Part shown: one piece after another, positions 56,682 to 64,000 of the stretch
How positions within the stretch are numbered: the first letter of the stretch is position 1
How the letters are laid out: each line of letters starts with the position of its first letter
Assembly (NCBI GenBank): GCA_965220605.1
Contig: CBDCQM010000005.1
Span: 93,614 to 157,613 of the forward strand
Direction: 5' to 3'
Length of the DNA stretch: 64,000 bases
Origin: Dehalococcoidia bacterium
GTDB lineage: Bacteria; Chloroflexota; Dehalococcoidia; Lucifugimonadales; UBA3495
Notes under the pieces: generated by a model
The model's database searches: none
Seen by the model: the letters and a program-made list of their open reading frames with translations, nothing else
What the model was told of the DNA's origin: nothing
Program-made: the position numbers and the translations under genes

Positions 56682-56823
56682 AAAGGGAAGAATCCGGGCA
56701 AATTGCTCCCGGCTGATGTCGCTGGGATAGGAATGAGACATGATCGCTCTGCCTTGGTAATGCCTCAACCTAACATATTCCAAAGATCGTCAACAGGCTC
56801 TAAGGGGATGTCCTGATCCTTTC

Positions 56824-57792
56824 CTACCGCGTTCGCGGATTGAATGCGTCGTTCACCGCGTCGCCCAGCAGGCTGAAAGTGAACAGCAGCAACGCGAGCG
56901 TAGCAATCGGGAACATCAGCAGGTGCGGCGTGGTCCTGAGCACCGAGAGGCTGCCGTTCTCGTAGATCATCAGCCCCAGGCTCGGCACCGGTGGCTGAAT
57001 CCCTATGCCCAGGAAGCTGAGGAACACCTCGGCCCCGGCAATCGAGCCCAGTCCCGCCGAAACCAGCACGATTATCGGCCCCGACACGTTGGGCAAAATG
57101 TGCCGGAATAGCAGCCGTGGTGTGCTGCATCCGGCCGCCCGGGCGGCGTCCACGTATTGCTCTTCCCGCGCTTGCAGCACCTGTCCTCGCACCAGCCGGG
57201 CCATCCCGAACCACGAGAACAGCGCCAACCCCAGGGACAGCGCGAAATAGTCCGCGATGCCCAGGTGAATGAAGTCCACCCCTAGCGTGTTCTCCATGCC
57301 CCTCAGCCATTCCACCATCGGAGGACGCACCGTCAGCACGATGATCAGCACCAGGAATATGTCCGGGAACGAGGTGGTGATCTCTCCCACCCGCATGATT
57401 ATCGTGTCGGTCATCCTGCCGAAGTAGCCTGCCACCAGCCCCAGCGTGATCCCCAGCGCCAGTGTCCCTGTGGTCAGCGTTACGATGGTCAGAATGACAG
57501 TGGTCCGCAGTCCGTATATCACCCGTGTCAGGTTGTCCCGCCCCAGCCGGTCGGTGCCGAAGGGGTGGGCGAAGCTCGGCGACTGCTTGACTATCTCCAG
57601 GTTCTGCTCGTTGTACCCGTAAGGGGTGACCACCGGCGCAAGGAGTCCGCCACCGTACATGAGGACGATTATGGTCAGGCAGATAACGCCCACCCGGTTG
57701 GAAAGCAGGCGGCGCAGGGAGATGGTCAGGTAGTTGCGCCCCCGGCGCGGCTCAAGCTCCTCCAGCCCAACGCCGGCCTCACTACGCAACAT
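56824..57792 (-). CDS. peptide/nickel ABC transporter permease (DppC/OppC-like)
   Basis: An N-terminal oligopeptide-permease domain plus a BPD_transp_1-like EAA region (AARAAGCSTPRLLFRHILPN). Confidence 0.85.
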   Translation of the reverse strand: MLRSEAGVGLEELEPRRGRNYLTISLRRLLSNRVGVICLTIIVLMYGGGLLAPVVTPYGYNEQNLEIVKQSPSFAHPFGTDRLGRDNLTRVIYGLRTTVILTIVTLTTGTLALGITLGLVAGYFGRMTDTIIMRVGEITTSFPDIFLVLIIVLTVRPPMVEWLRGMENTLGVDFIHLGIADYFALSLGLALFSWFGMARLVRGQVLQAREEQYVDAARAAGCSTPRLLFRHILPNVSGPIIVLVSAGLGSIAGAEVFLSFLGIGIQPPVPSLGLMIYENGSLSVLRTTPHLLMFPIATLALLLFTFSLLGDAVNDAFNPRTR

Positions 57793-58726
57793 TGCCCTGC
57801 CCCAACCTGATCCTGGGGTCCAAAACCGGGTAGATCAGGTCGATGATCAGATTGACCAATACGAACATCGTGGTGCCGATCAGCAGCACGCCGTCGATGA
57901 TGGGATAGTCCCTCGCGAATATCGACTCGATCAGCAGGTTGCCAACGCCCGGTATCCCGAAGAACCGCTCCACGATGAAAGAGGTGAACGCAATCCCCGC
58001 CAGCGACAGTCCCAGGGATGTGACCACCGGAATCATGGCGTTCCTCAGGATGTGCCGCCGCTGCACCACCATCTCCGACAGCCCCTTGGCGCGGGCCGTC
58101 CGCACGTAGTCGAGGCTTATCACCTCCAGCGTGCTGGCCCGGGTCAGGCGGGTGACTATCGCCACACCCGGTACCCCCATGGCCACCGCCGGCAGGATGA
58201 TGCTGGTCGAAAAGAACCCGTCCCACCCGTGCGTCGGCAGCAGGTCCAGCTTCCAGGCGAACACCCAGAGCAGACCGGGCGCCGTCAGGAAGACAGGCAC
58301 CGACTGCCACGACAGTGTCATCATCACTGCCGCGGTGTCCCACAGGGATCCCTGCCGCAGCGCCGCGAACAGCCCGATGGGCACACCCAGCCCGACGGAG
58401 AGGATCATCGCTGCGATGTTGAGCTGCGCCGAGACCCACATCTTCGCCTTGAGCAACTCGGTGACCGTGCGGCCCCGGTACTTGAAGCTCTCGCCGAAGT
58501 CGCCGCGGGCCACGTTGCCGATGTACCGCCCATACTGGACGAAGATGTTGTCGTTCAGTCCCCGTTGCTCCCTGATGCGCTCGACCACCGCCGGGTTGGA
58601 GTGCTGGCCCATCAACACCTGCACCGGATCACCCGGCCCGTACCTTCCCAGCACGAAAGTCACGAACGACACCGTGAACAGGATCACGGGTAGCCACAGC
58701 AGTCGGCGCAGAAGGTAGCCGGTCAA
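57782..58726 (-). CDS. peptide/nickel ABC transporter permease (DppB/OppB-like)
   Basis: MTGYLLRRLLWLPVILFTVSFVTF...DYVRTARAKGLSE..V..RH.LRNA. Confidence 0.85.
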   Translation of the reverse strand: MTGYLLRRLLWLPVILFTVSFVTFVLGRYGPGDPVQVLMGQHSNPAVVERIREQRGLNDNIFVQYGRYIGNVARGDFGESFKYRGRTVTELLKAKMWVSAQLNIAAMILSVGLGVPIGLFAALRQGSLWDTAAVMMTLSWQSVPVFLTAPGLLWVFAWKLDLLPTHGWDGFFSTSIILPAVAMGVPGVAIVTRLTRASTLEVISLDYVRTARAKGLSEMVVQRRHILRNAMIPVVTSLGLSLAGIAFTSFIVERFFGIPGVGNLLIESIFARDYPIIDGVLLIGTTMFVLVNLIIDLIYPVLDPRIRLGQGNVA

Positions 58727-58763
58727 TAGTCCCCCGTTACTTCCTTATTTCTCAATCGGGAGG

Positions 58764-60470
58764 CTATTCCTCCGTCAGGTATATGAACCGGTAGCGCGGG
58801 ATGATCAGCGGCGGCAGCAGGTAGTCGTGGACGTTGGGCTTCACCAGCAGCTTGCTTTCGCCGTCGAACCACAGAGGCACCCACGGAGCGTCGTCAATGA
58901 TCATCTGCTCGGCCTGGTTGTAGAGGGCGTACCGGGCTTCCGTGTCCGTCTCCACCCGGGCCTTCATCAGCAGTTCGTCGACTTCCGGGTTACTGTAGTG
59001 GGTATGATTGTTCGTGCTCTCGCTGTGGAACAGAATGTCCAGGAAGTTTTCCGGGTCAGGATAGTCCGCGATCCACCCGATGTCGAACATCTGGAACCGA
59101 CCCTTGTGCAGGTCCTTCAGGAAAGTGGCGAACTCGGTCTGCTGGAACTCCGCAGTGATCCCCAGGTTCTGCTCCCACATCTGCAGAATCACTTCCATGT
59201 CGAGGCTGACGTTTGCTCCGAAGCTGCCTGGCGTCGTGATCGTGATTGGCGGAATGTTATCCAGGTCCTCTCCATACTTGGACTCTTCCAGCAGTTGCTG
59301 GGCCTTCACCGGGTCGTATTCGTATCCTCGTACCGCCTCGTCGTAGCCCGGGAAGTTGGGAGGCAGGATGCCGTCCGCCGGCTTCACGAGATCGCCGAGT
59401 ACGATGCTGGCTATCTCTTCTTTGTCGATGGCGAAGTTCAACGCCTGGCGCACCTTCACATCGTCCAGCGGCGGCTCGTTAACATTCAGGCCGATGTAGT
59501 TGACGCTGAACGAAGCCGGCGCCGTCTTCAGCTCCGGGTACAGCTCGTTGCTGGGGTCGTCCAAGCGGTCCAAGTCGGCCAGCCCCACGCCGGCCACGTG
59601 GATCTCGTCGTTCTCGTACATCAGCATCGAGGTCCCGCCGCTGAGAATGAATTCCACCTCCTCCAGCTTCGGCGCTCCCAGATGGTAGTGCTCGTTGCGT
59701 CCCAGCACCAGGGTCTCGCCCACCCGGTACTCCTGCAGCCGGAAAGGTCCGGTGCCATTGGGCTCGCGGAACCAGGTGCGCGGGTTCGCCTCAACATTCT
59801 CCTGGTCCAGCACGAACCCTGTCGGATAGGTCAGCTTTGCCAGGAAATACGACTTCGCCTCGTCGATCCTGATCTCAAGGGTGTGCTCGTCGATGACCCT
59901 GACCCCGGAAATCGTGGTGGCGTCTCCGGCCACCTTTTCCTTCACGCCTACGATGTCCCCCAAGTATTGGTCCACCACTGGCGACTCCGTCAGCGGGTTC
60001 GTCACCCGTTCCAGGGACCACTGGACGTCCCGCGCCGTCACGGGCTTGCCGTCATGGAACTGCGCATCGGGCCGCAGGTGGAAAGTGTAGACCGTTCCGT
60101 CGCCGCTCACGTCCCAGGTCTCAGCCAGGTCGGGGACAATGTCCAGGTTGGGATCGATGGTCACCAGCCCGCCGAACACCTCGACGATGATTCTGGCGGA
60201 GGTCGCGTCCGTGGTCACATGGGGGTCAAGTGTCGGCGGATCGACGAAAAGCTGCACCAGCTTGGTGGTGTCCCCTGCTCCGCCGCCACCATCGCCTGAT
60301 GGCTGCGCCTCATCCTGCTGCACGGCCGCCGCGGGCGCCTCGGTCGGGGCCGCTGTGGGATCGGGAGCAGTCGTCGGCGCTGCCGAGTCCCCTCCGCAGG
60401 CCGCAAGCGCCAGCAGCGCGGCCATAGCCACGACAATGGCAATCCACCTGTTGACCAAGATTTCCTTCAT
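58764..60470 (-). CDS. ABC transporter substrate-binding lipoprotein, family 5 (peptide/nickel)
   Basis: Lipobox LALAACGG. The pattern is SBP_bac_5-like. The start is taken at MKEILVNRW (60470). Confidence 0.85.
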   Translation of the reverse strand: MKEILVNRWIAIVVAMAALLALAACGGDSAAPTTAPDPTAAPTEAPAAAVQQDEAQPSGDGGGGAGDTTKLVQLFVDPPTLDPHVTTDATSARIIVEVFGGLVTIDPNLDIVPDLAETWDVSGDGTVYTFHLRPDAQFHDGKPVTARDVQWSLERVTNPLTESPVVDQYLGDIVGVKEKVAGDATTISGVRVIDEHTLEIRIDEAKSYFLAKLTYPTGFVLDQENVEANPRTWFREPNGTGPFRLQEYRVGETLVLGRNEHYHLGAPKLEEVEFILSGGTSMLMYENDEIHVAGVGLADLDRLDDPSNELYPELKTAPASFSVNYIGLNVNEPPLDDVKVRQALNFAIDKEEIASIVLGDLVKPADGILPPNFPGYDEAVRGYEYDPVKAQQLLEESKYGEDLDNIPPITITTPGSFGANVSLDMEVILQMWEQNLGITAEFQQTEFATFLKDLHKGRFQMFDIGWIADYPDPENFLDILFHSESTNNHTHYSNPEVDELLMKARVETDTEARYALYNQAEQMIIDDAPWVPLWFDGESKLLVKPNVHDYLLPPLIIPRYRFIYLTEE

Positions 60471-60751
60471 TGCCTCAGTCCTTGAGCGCCCCATGCAGCG
60501 GGCGCAGTTTTTCACGATAGTACACCGGTATTTTAGGATTCACTTCTTGCAGGTTTCAATGCGCTCCGCTTTCCCTTGAGGTGGCTATCTTACCCTTCCT
60601 CACCCTAACTTGGAGCGATATGAGCCAGATCGTCCCTCAATATCCCTGGAAGCGACGGTTTTAGCGTTTTCCACCGGCACCGGACCATCACCCCCGAGAA
60701 AGCGGAGAGTCAGGAGAGGGAGTATTGCAGCCGGCGTCGCGCTCTGTCCGC

Positions 60752-60780
60752 TTGTAACCGAATCCGCTATTTGTTAGCAT
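60752..60780 (+). promoter_or_regulatory. candidate promoter for the tRNA pair
   Basis: TTGTAA, 17 nt spacer, TAGCAT, ending 10 nt before tRNA-His. Confidence 0.4.
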
Positions 60781-60790
60781 GGAAGTGCGT

Positions 60791-60867
60791 GGCGAGCGTA
60801 GCCGAGTGGTCAAGGCGCCTGTCTGTGGCACAGGAGATCACGGGTTCGAACCCCGTCGCTCGCCCCA
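60791..60867 (+). tRNA. tRNA-His (GTG)
   Basis: Hand-folded. The acceptor stem has 8 bp including G-1:C73 (GGCGAGCG/CGCTCGCC). The anticodon stem is CCTGT/ACAGG with loop CTGTGGC. The T arm is ACGGG-TTCGAAC-CCCGT. CCA is encoded. Confidence 0.85.
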
Positions 60868-60896
60868 ACCTCTCCGGTGCATTCCCCTAACCACCA

Positions 60897-60972
60897 GCGC
60901 CTGTAGCTCAATGGATAGAGCACTGGGCTTCGGACCCAGGGGTTGCGGGTTCGAGTCCTGCCAGGCGCGCCA
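60897..60972 (+). tRNA. tRNA-Arg (TCG)
   Basis: Hand-folded. Acceptor GCGCCTG/CAGGCGC; D arm GCTC-AATGGATA-GAGC; anticodon loop CTTCGGA; T loop TTCGAGT; CCA is encoded. Confidence 0.85.
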
Positions 60973-61075
60973 CTTCACTTCGACTGCATTCTCCCTTTGA
61001 CCATGCCGCTAATACGGCGCTGCTCAGGCCCCGGATTCGTGCTGCACCCTGCAAACTTCCCGTCAGAGCCGCCGG

Positions 61076-61105
61076 TTCACCCCCAATTGCCAATGCGCCT
61101 ATAAT
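61076..61105 (+). promoter_or_regulatory. candidate glnA promoter
   Basis: TTCACC, 18 nt spacer, TATAAT (61100-61105). Confidence 0.4.
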
Positions 61106-61144
61106 GTTCGCAACGCACCTTCCCCAGCCGCTCAGGAGGCGCCT

Positions 61145-62491
61145 ATGGCAACCCGAACGCATATTGACGCGGACGCGCGCGACTATGTTCTTCAGACAGC
61201 GGAGGACGCCGACGTAAAGTTCGTCCGCCTCTGGTTTCCCGACATCCTCGGCAACCTGAAGGGCTTCGCAATCAACGCCGCCGACCTTCGCGACGCCATC
61301 GAGGAAGGTGTCGGATTCGACGGCTCAGCCATCGAGAGCTACGCCCGCTCCGACGAAAGCGACATGCGGGCCTTTCCCGACCCCAACACCTTCGCCCTCC
61401 TGCCCTGGCGCCCCCAGCAGAACGCCGTCGCCCGCATGTTCTGCGACATCCAGCGCCCCGGCGGCGACTCCTTCGACGGCGATTCCCGCGCCATCCTGAA
61501 GCGCAACCTGGAGCGCCTCGCCCGCATGGGCTATACCTACTATGTCGGCACCGAGCTGGAGTATTTCTACCTCAAGTCTCCCGACGACCCGGCGCCCCTC
61601 GACCACGGCGGCTACTTCGACCAGCTTTCCAGCCAGCCCTCCAGCGACCTCCGCCGCGACACGGTGCTGAACCTGGCCGAGATGGACGTTCCGGTCAAGT
61701 ACTCGCACCACGAGGCCGCCCCCAGCCAGCACGAGATCGATCTGCAGTACACCGACGCCCTCGCGATGGCGGACAGCGTGATGACCGCCCGCCTCGCAAT
61801 CAAGGAGCTTGCCCAGCAGCGAGGGGTCTATGCCACCTTCATGCCCAAGCCCATTCCCGGCGTCAACGGCTCCGGGATGCACATTCACCAGTCTCTCTTT
61901 CGCGGCGAGCACAACGCATTCTTCGACGAAGACGACGATCACTACCTGTCCGAGGTAGGCCGCAAGTTCATCGCCGGCCTGCTCCGCCACGCCCCCGAGA
62001 TCACCCTGGTCACCAACCAGTGGGTGAACTCCTACAAGCGTCTCGTCCCCGGATACGAGGCCCCGGTCTATGTCTCGTGGTCCCACGTGAACCGCGCCGA
62101 CCTCGTCCGCGTGCCCGCCTACAAGCCGGGCTACGAGAGCTCCACGCGGATCGAGTACCGCGCTCCCGACCCGGCCTGCAATCCGTACCTGGCCTTCAGC
62201 GTGATGCTGGCCGCCGGCATGAAGGGCATCGAGGAGGACTACCCGGCCCCGCCTCCTATGTCCGCCAACGCCTCCGCCATGAGCGAGGAGCAGCGCCAGG
62301 CCCTCGGCGTCCGCTCACTGCCCACCAGCCTCGGTCACGCCATCGCCCTGGCCGAGGACAGCGATGTGCTCCGCGAGGCCCTCGGCCCTCACATCTTTCC
62401 CAGCTTCATCCAGAACAAGCGGAAGGAGTGGGACGAATACTGCTCCCAGGTAACCAACTACGAAATCAGCCGTTACCTCCCCCAGCTCTAG
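61145..62491 (+). CDS. glnA: type I glutamine synthetase
   Basis: 448 aa. VKFVRLWF.DILG..K.F.I...;...FMPKP..G.NGSGMH.H.SL. CAGGAGG precedes the ATG. Confidence 0.9.
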   Translation: MATRTHIDADARDYVLQTAEDADVKFVRLWFPDILGNLKGFAINAADLRDAIEEGVGFDGSAIESYARSDESDMRAFPDPNTFALLPWRPQQNAVARMFCDIQRPGGDSFDGDSRAILKRNLERLARMGYTYYVGTELEYFYLKSPDDPAPLDHGGYFDQLSSQPSSDLRRDTVLNLAEMDVPVKYSHHEAAPSQHEIDLQYTDALAMADSVMTARLAIKELAQQRGVYATFMPKPIPGVNGSGMHIHQSLFRGEHNAFFDEDDDHYLSEVGRKFIAGLLRHAPEITLVTNQWVNSYKRLVPGYEAPVYVSWSHVNRADLVRVPAYKPGYESSTRIEYRAPDPACNPYLAFSVMLAAGMKGIEEDYPAPPPMSANASAMSEEQRQALGVRSLPTSLGHAIALAEDSDVLREALGPHIFPSFIQNKRKEWDEYCSQVTNYEISRYLPQL

Positions 62492-62522
62492 CCCACGGGC
62501 GGGTCCACGAACACAAAAGGAA

Positions 62523-62552
62523 AGGCCCCCGTTAGACGGGGGCCTGTTTCTT
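62523..62552 (+). terminator. rho-independent terminator of glnA
   Basis: AGGCCCCCG-TTAGA-CGGGGGCCT followed by GTTTCTT. Confidence 0.8.
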
Positions 62553-62584
62553 ACGATGCCGCGTGGTGAAGGGGTCCGGTCGCT

Positions 62585-62719
62585 CTAAAGGGAACTGCCG
62601 TAATCGCAGCCGATTCCGTCGTGCTTCGGCGCGGCGTTCCCGCCGTCGGCGGCCACCGGAATAACGGCAGCAATCGTCAGCAGCGCAACGAATACCAGTG
62701 GAATAATGATTCGGCGCAT
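62585..62719 (-). CDS. small secreted peptide (44 aa), below the ORF-track cutoff
   Basis: GGGAGGA plus 7 nt plus ATG: MRRIIIPLVFVALLTIAAVIPVAADGGNAAPKHDGIGCDYGSSL. A signal-peptide-like N-terminus is followed by about 20 polar residues with one Cys. Confidence 0.45.
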   Translation of the reverse strand: MRRIIIPLVFVALLTIAAVIPVAADGGNAAPKHDGIGCDYGSSL

Positions 62720-62820
62720 TTCTCCGTCCTCCCGGCGTGTCTCTGAATTACTGGCACAACTCTAGCAGTCTGTCACCGCGAAATCAACCCGTTCATGCTT
62801 TACGGCTGGGTCCGAGAATT

Positions 62821-62855
62821 GTTCCCTCTCCCTCCGGGAGAGGGTTAGGGTAAGG
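62821..62855 (-). repeat. REP-like family 1 variant
   Basis: The reverse complement reads ccttaccctaaccctctcccggagggagagggaac. Confidence 0.55.
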
Positions 62856-63021
62856 ACGTCCCCTCCTCGCAATCGACCTCAAGCCGTTCGTCCTGAGCCT
62901 GTCGAAGGACGGTGCGACAGCAACCCCTGTCCCAAACGGCGCCTTGAACCCGACTTGCCCGTCCTGTACCATCCCATCGCCCTGTAGCGGCACCCACACT
63001 TCCCACCTGCCAGGAGCCGAC

Positions 63022-63465
63022 ATGCCCGAAGTCAAGCCCATCCCCGACGGCTACACCGCCATCACACCCTACCTGATCGTCGAAAACGCCGCCGGATTCA
63101 TCGACTTCCTCGTCAACGCCTTCGGGGCCGTAGAGCGCCTGCGCGTCCCCATGCCCCAGGGAGGCGTCGGCCACGCCGAGGTCGAGATCGACGGCGCGGT
63201 GATGATGCTCGCCGACGCCATGCCGCCCGCGTTTCCGCCCACCGCCAGCCTGATCCACCTCTACGTCGACGACATGGACGCCGTCTACGCCCGGGCCCTA
63301 GCCGCTGGCGCCACCTCTGACGACGAGCCTTCCGACATGTTCTACGGCGACCGCCTCGCCCGCATCACCGACCCCTACGGCAACCACTGGTCCATAGCCA
63401 CCCACGTCGAGGACGTAACGCCCGAGGAGCTGGAGGCGCGTCTCGCGGCGATGGGGGAGGGGTAG
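63022..63465 (+). CDS. VOC family protein (PhnB-like glyoxalase fold)
   Basis: MPEVKPIPDGYTAITPYLIV.NA...I.F....FGA......P...G.V.HAE..I.G...ML.D......FYGDR...I.DP.G..W. Confidence 0.8.
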   Translation: MPEVKPIPDGYTAITPYLIVENAAGFIDFLVNAFGAVERLRVPMPQGGVGHAEVEIDGAVMMLADAMPPAFPPTASLIHLYVDDMDAVYARALAAGATSDDEPSDMFYGDRLARITDPYGNHWSIATHVEDVTPEELEARLAAMGEG

Positions 63466-63499
63466 TCAGCTTTAGGCTACTCTCGAGAAGTCTGCCTCT

Positions 63500-63813
63500 T
63501 CACACTGTGTACCCCATCACCGCACTCAGCCGCTCTCCCAACCGCTCCTCTGCCACCTCGAGGTCGTACTGGCTCTGCAGCCCCATCCAGAACCCGGCGG
63601 AGTTCCCGAAGAACCGCGAGAACAGCAGCGCAGTCTCCGCCGATATGCCCCGCTCCCCGTTGACGATCGCGTGAATCCGCCGCGCATCCACCCCGATGGA
63701 TTTGGCCAGGCGGTACTGCGTGATATTCATGGGGCGCAGGAATTCTTCGTCCAATATCTCTCCGGGATGGATGGGCGGCAACTTCTCGGTGTTGGTCGTC
63801 GCTTCCGTAGTCA
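63500..63813 (-). CDS. higA: HigA family antitoxin (XRE HTH)
   Basis: PIHPGEILDEEFLRPMNITQYRLAKSIGVDARRIHAIVNGERGISAETALLFSRFFGNSAGFWMGLQSQYDL. GGAGGA precedes the ATG at 63813. Confidence 0.85.
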
Positions 63814-63842
63814 TGATTTCCTCCGTCCATACGGCATAACGG

Positions 63843-64000
63843 CTAGTGGTAGTCAACAATCTCCACTTCGTAGGCGTCTCCATCGATCCATGTGAAGCAG
63901 ACCCGCCACTGGTCGTTGATTCGGACGCTGTGTTGTCCTGCCCGGTCCCCAGACAGAGCCTCAAGGCGATTCCCGGGAGGTGTCCGCAGATCATTCAGGT
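63843..64000 (-). CDS. higB: HigB (RelE/ParE superfamily) toxin; N-terminus lies beyond the window
   Basis: My own translation gives ...LNDLRTPPGNRLEALSGDRAGQHSVRINDQWRVCFTWIDGDAYEVEIVDYH-stop, 29 nt upstream of higA. Confidence 0.8.
   Translation of the reverse strand, partial: LNDLRTPPGNRLEALSGDRAGQHSVRINDQWRVCFTWIDGDAYEVEIVDYH

Larger units (their letters stand above)
54270..56800 (-). mobile_element. IS5-family insertion sequence, disrupted by a nested IS
   Basis: Perfect 17-bp terminal IRs GAGCCTGTTGACGATCT at 54270-54286 and 56784-56800 (reverse complement). TAA direct repeats at 54267-69 and 56801-03. Confidence 0.8.

Noticed and set aside
1144-60299. Many long antisense or alternative-frame ORFs, such as 1144..2154(+), 9041..9760(-), 21025..22044(-), 24089..25159(-), 40647..41864(+), 45642..46652(+), 49747..50637(+) and 58827..60299(+).
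   Set aside because: They lie opposite or out of frame to genes with clear family signatures. They have Arg/Gly/Pro/Ala-biased low-complexity composition, which is typical of stop-poor frames in high-GC DNA.
60791-60972. Checked whether either tRNA could be tRNA-Sec, in support of the selenoprotein call.
   Set aside because: Hand folding gives ordinary 77-nt tRNA-His(GTG), with G-1, and 76-nt tRNA-Arg(TCG). Neither has a UCA anticodon, a long variable arm or the 8/5 acceptor/T geometry.

Overview
High-GC bacterial chromosomal segment. Gene content (F420 cofE, MqnA-like plus UbiD/UbiA/UbiX/UbiE menaquinone genes, a CxxC-x17-CxxC zinc-ribbon protein, Uma2 nuclease, hydantoinase and dienelactone-hydrolase paralogues) suggests a Chloroflexota-like organism; this is inference only. 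About 1-7.8 kb is a decayed integrative island: a frameshifted large serine recombinase abuts the 3' end of dnaN, two genes carry in-frame TAG stops, and there is an XRE regulator and a low-GC patch with orphan promoters. The rest is mostly housekeeping or metabolic: dnaN, alaX-like, hyuA/hyuB split by DUF2283 and PIG-L genes, modABC, the menaquinone tail operon, prfA...prmC, dinB, cofE, PduO-type adenosyltransferase, hisHA, a coxMSL-like molybdoenzyme, panE, a TPP enzyme, MTHFR-like, a peptide ABC importer, tRNA-His, tRNA-Arg, glnA and a higBA pair at the right edge. The strongest finding is a thioredoxin-like/NHL-repeat gene (complement 28262..29764). An in-frame TGA sits exactly at the first Cys of its CxxC redox motif (read as U-V-N-C), and a perfect hairpin lies at bacterial SECIS distance. 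The ORF track splits this gene in two, but it is best read as a selenoprotein. Other notable items are a nested IS1182-family-in-IS5-family insertion beside a ~110 bp MITE whose termini resemble the IS1182 ends, two families of intergenic palindromic (REP-like) repeats, two retropepsin-like mini-proteases (one translationally coupled inside the menaquinone operon), and an unannotated 44-codon secreted-peptide ORF. No CRISPR array, rRNA, or tRNA-Sec was seen.
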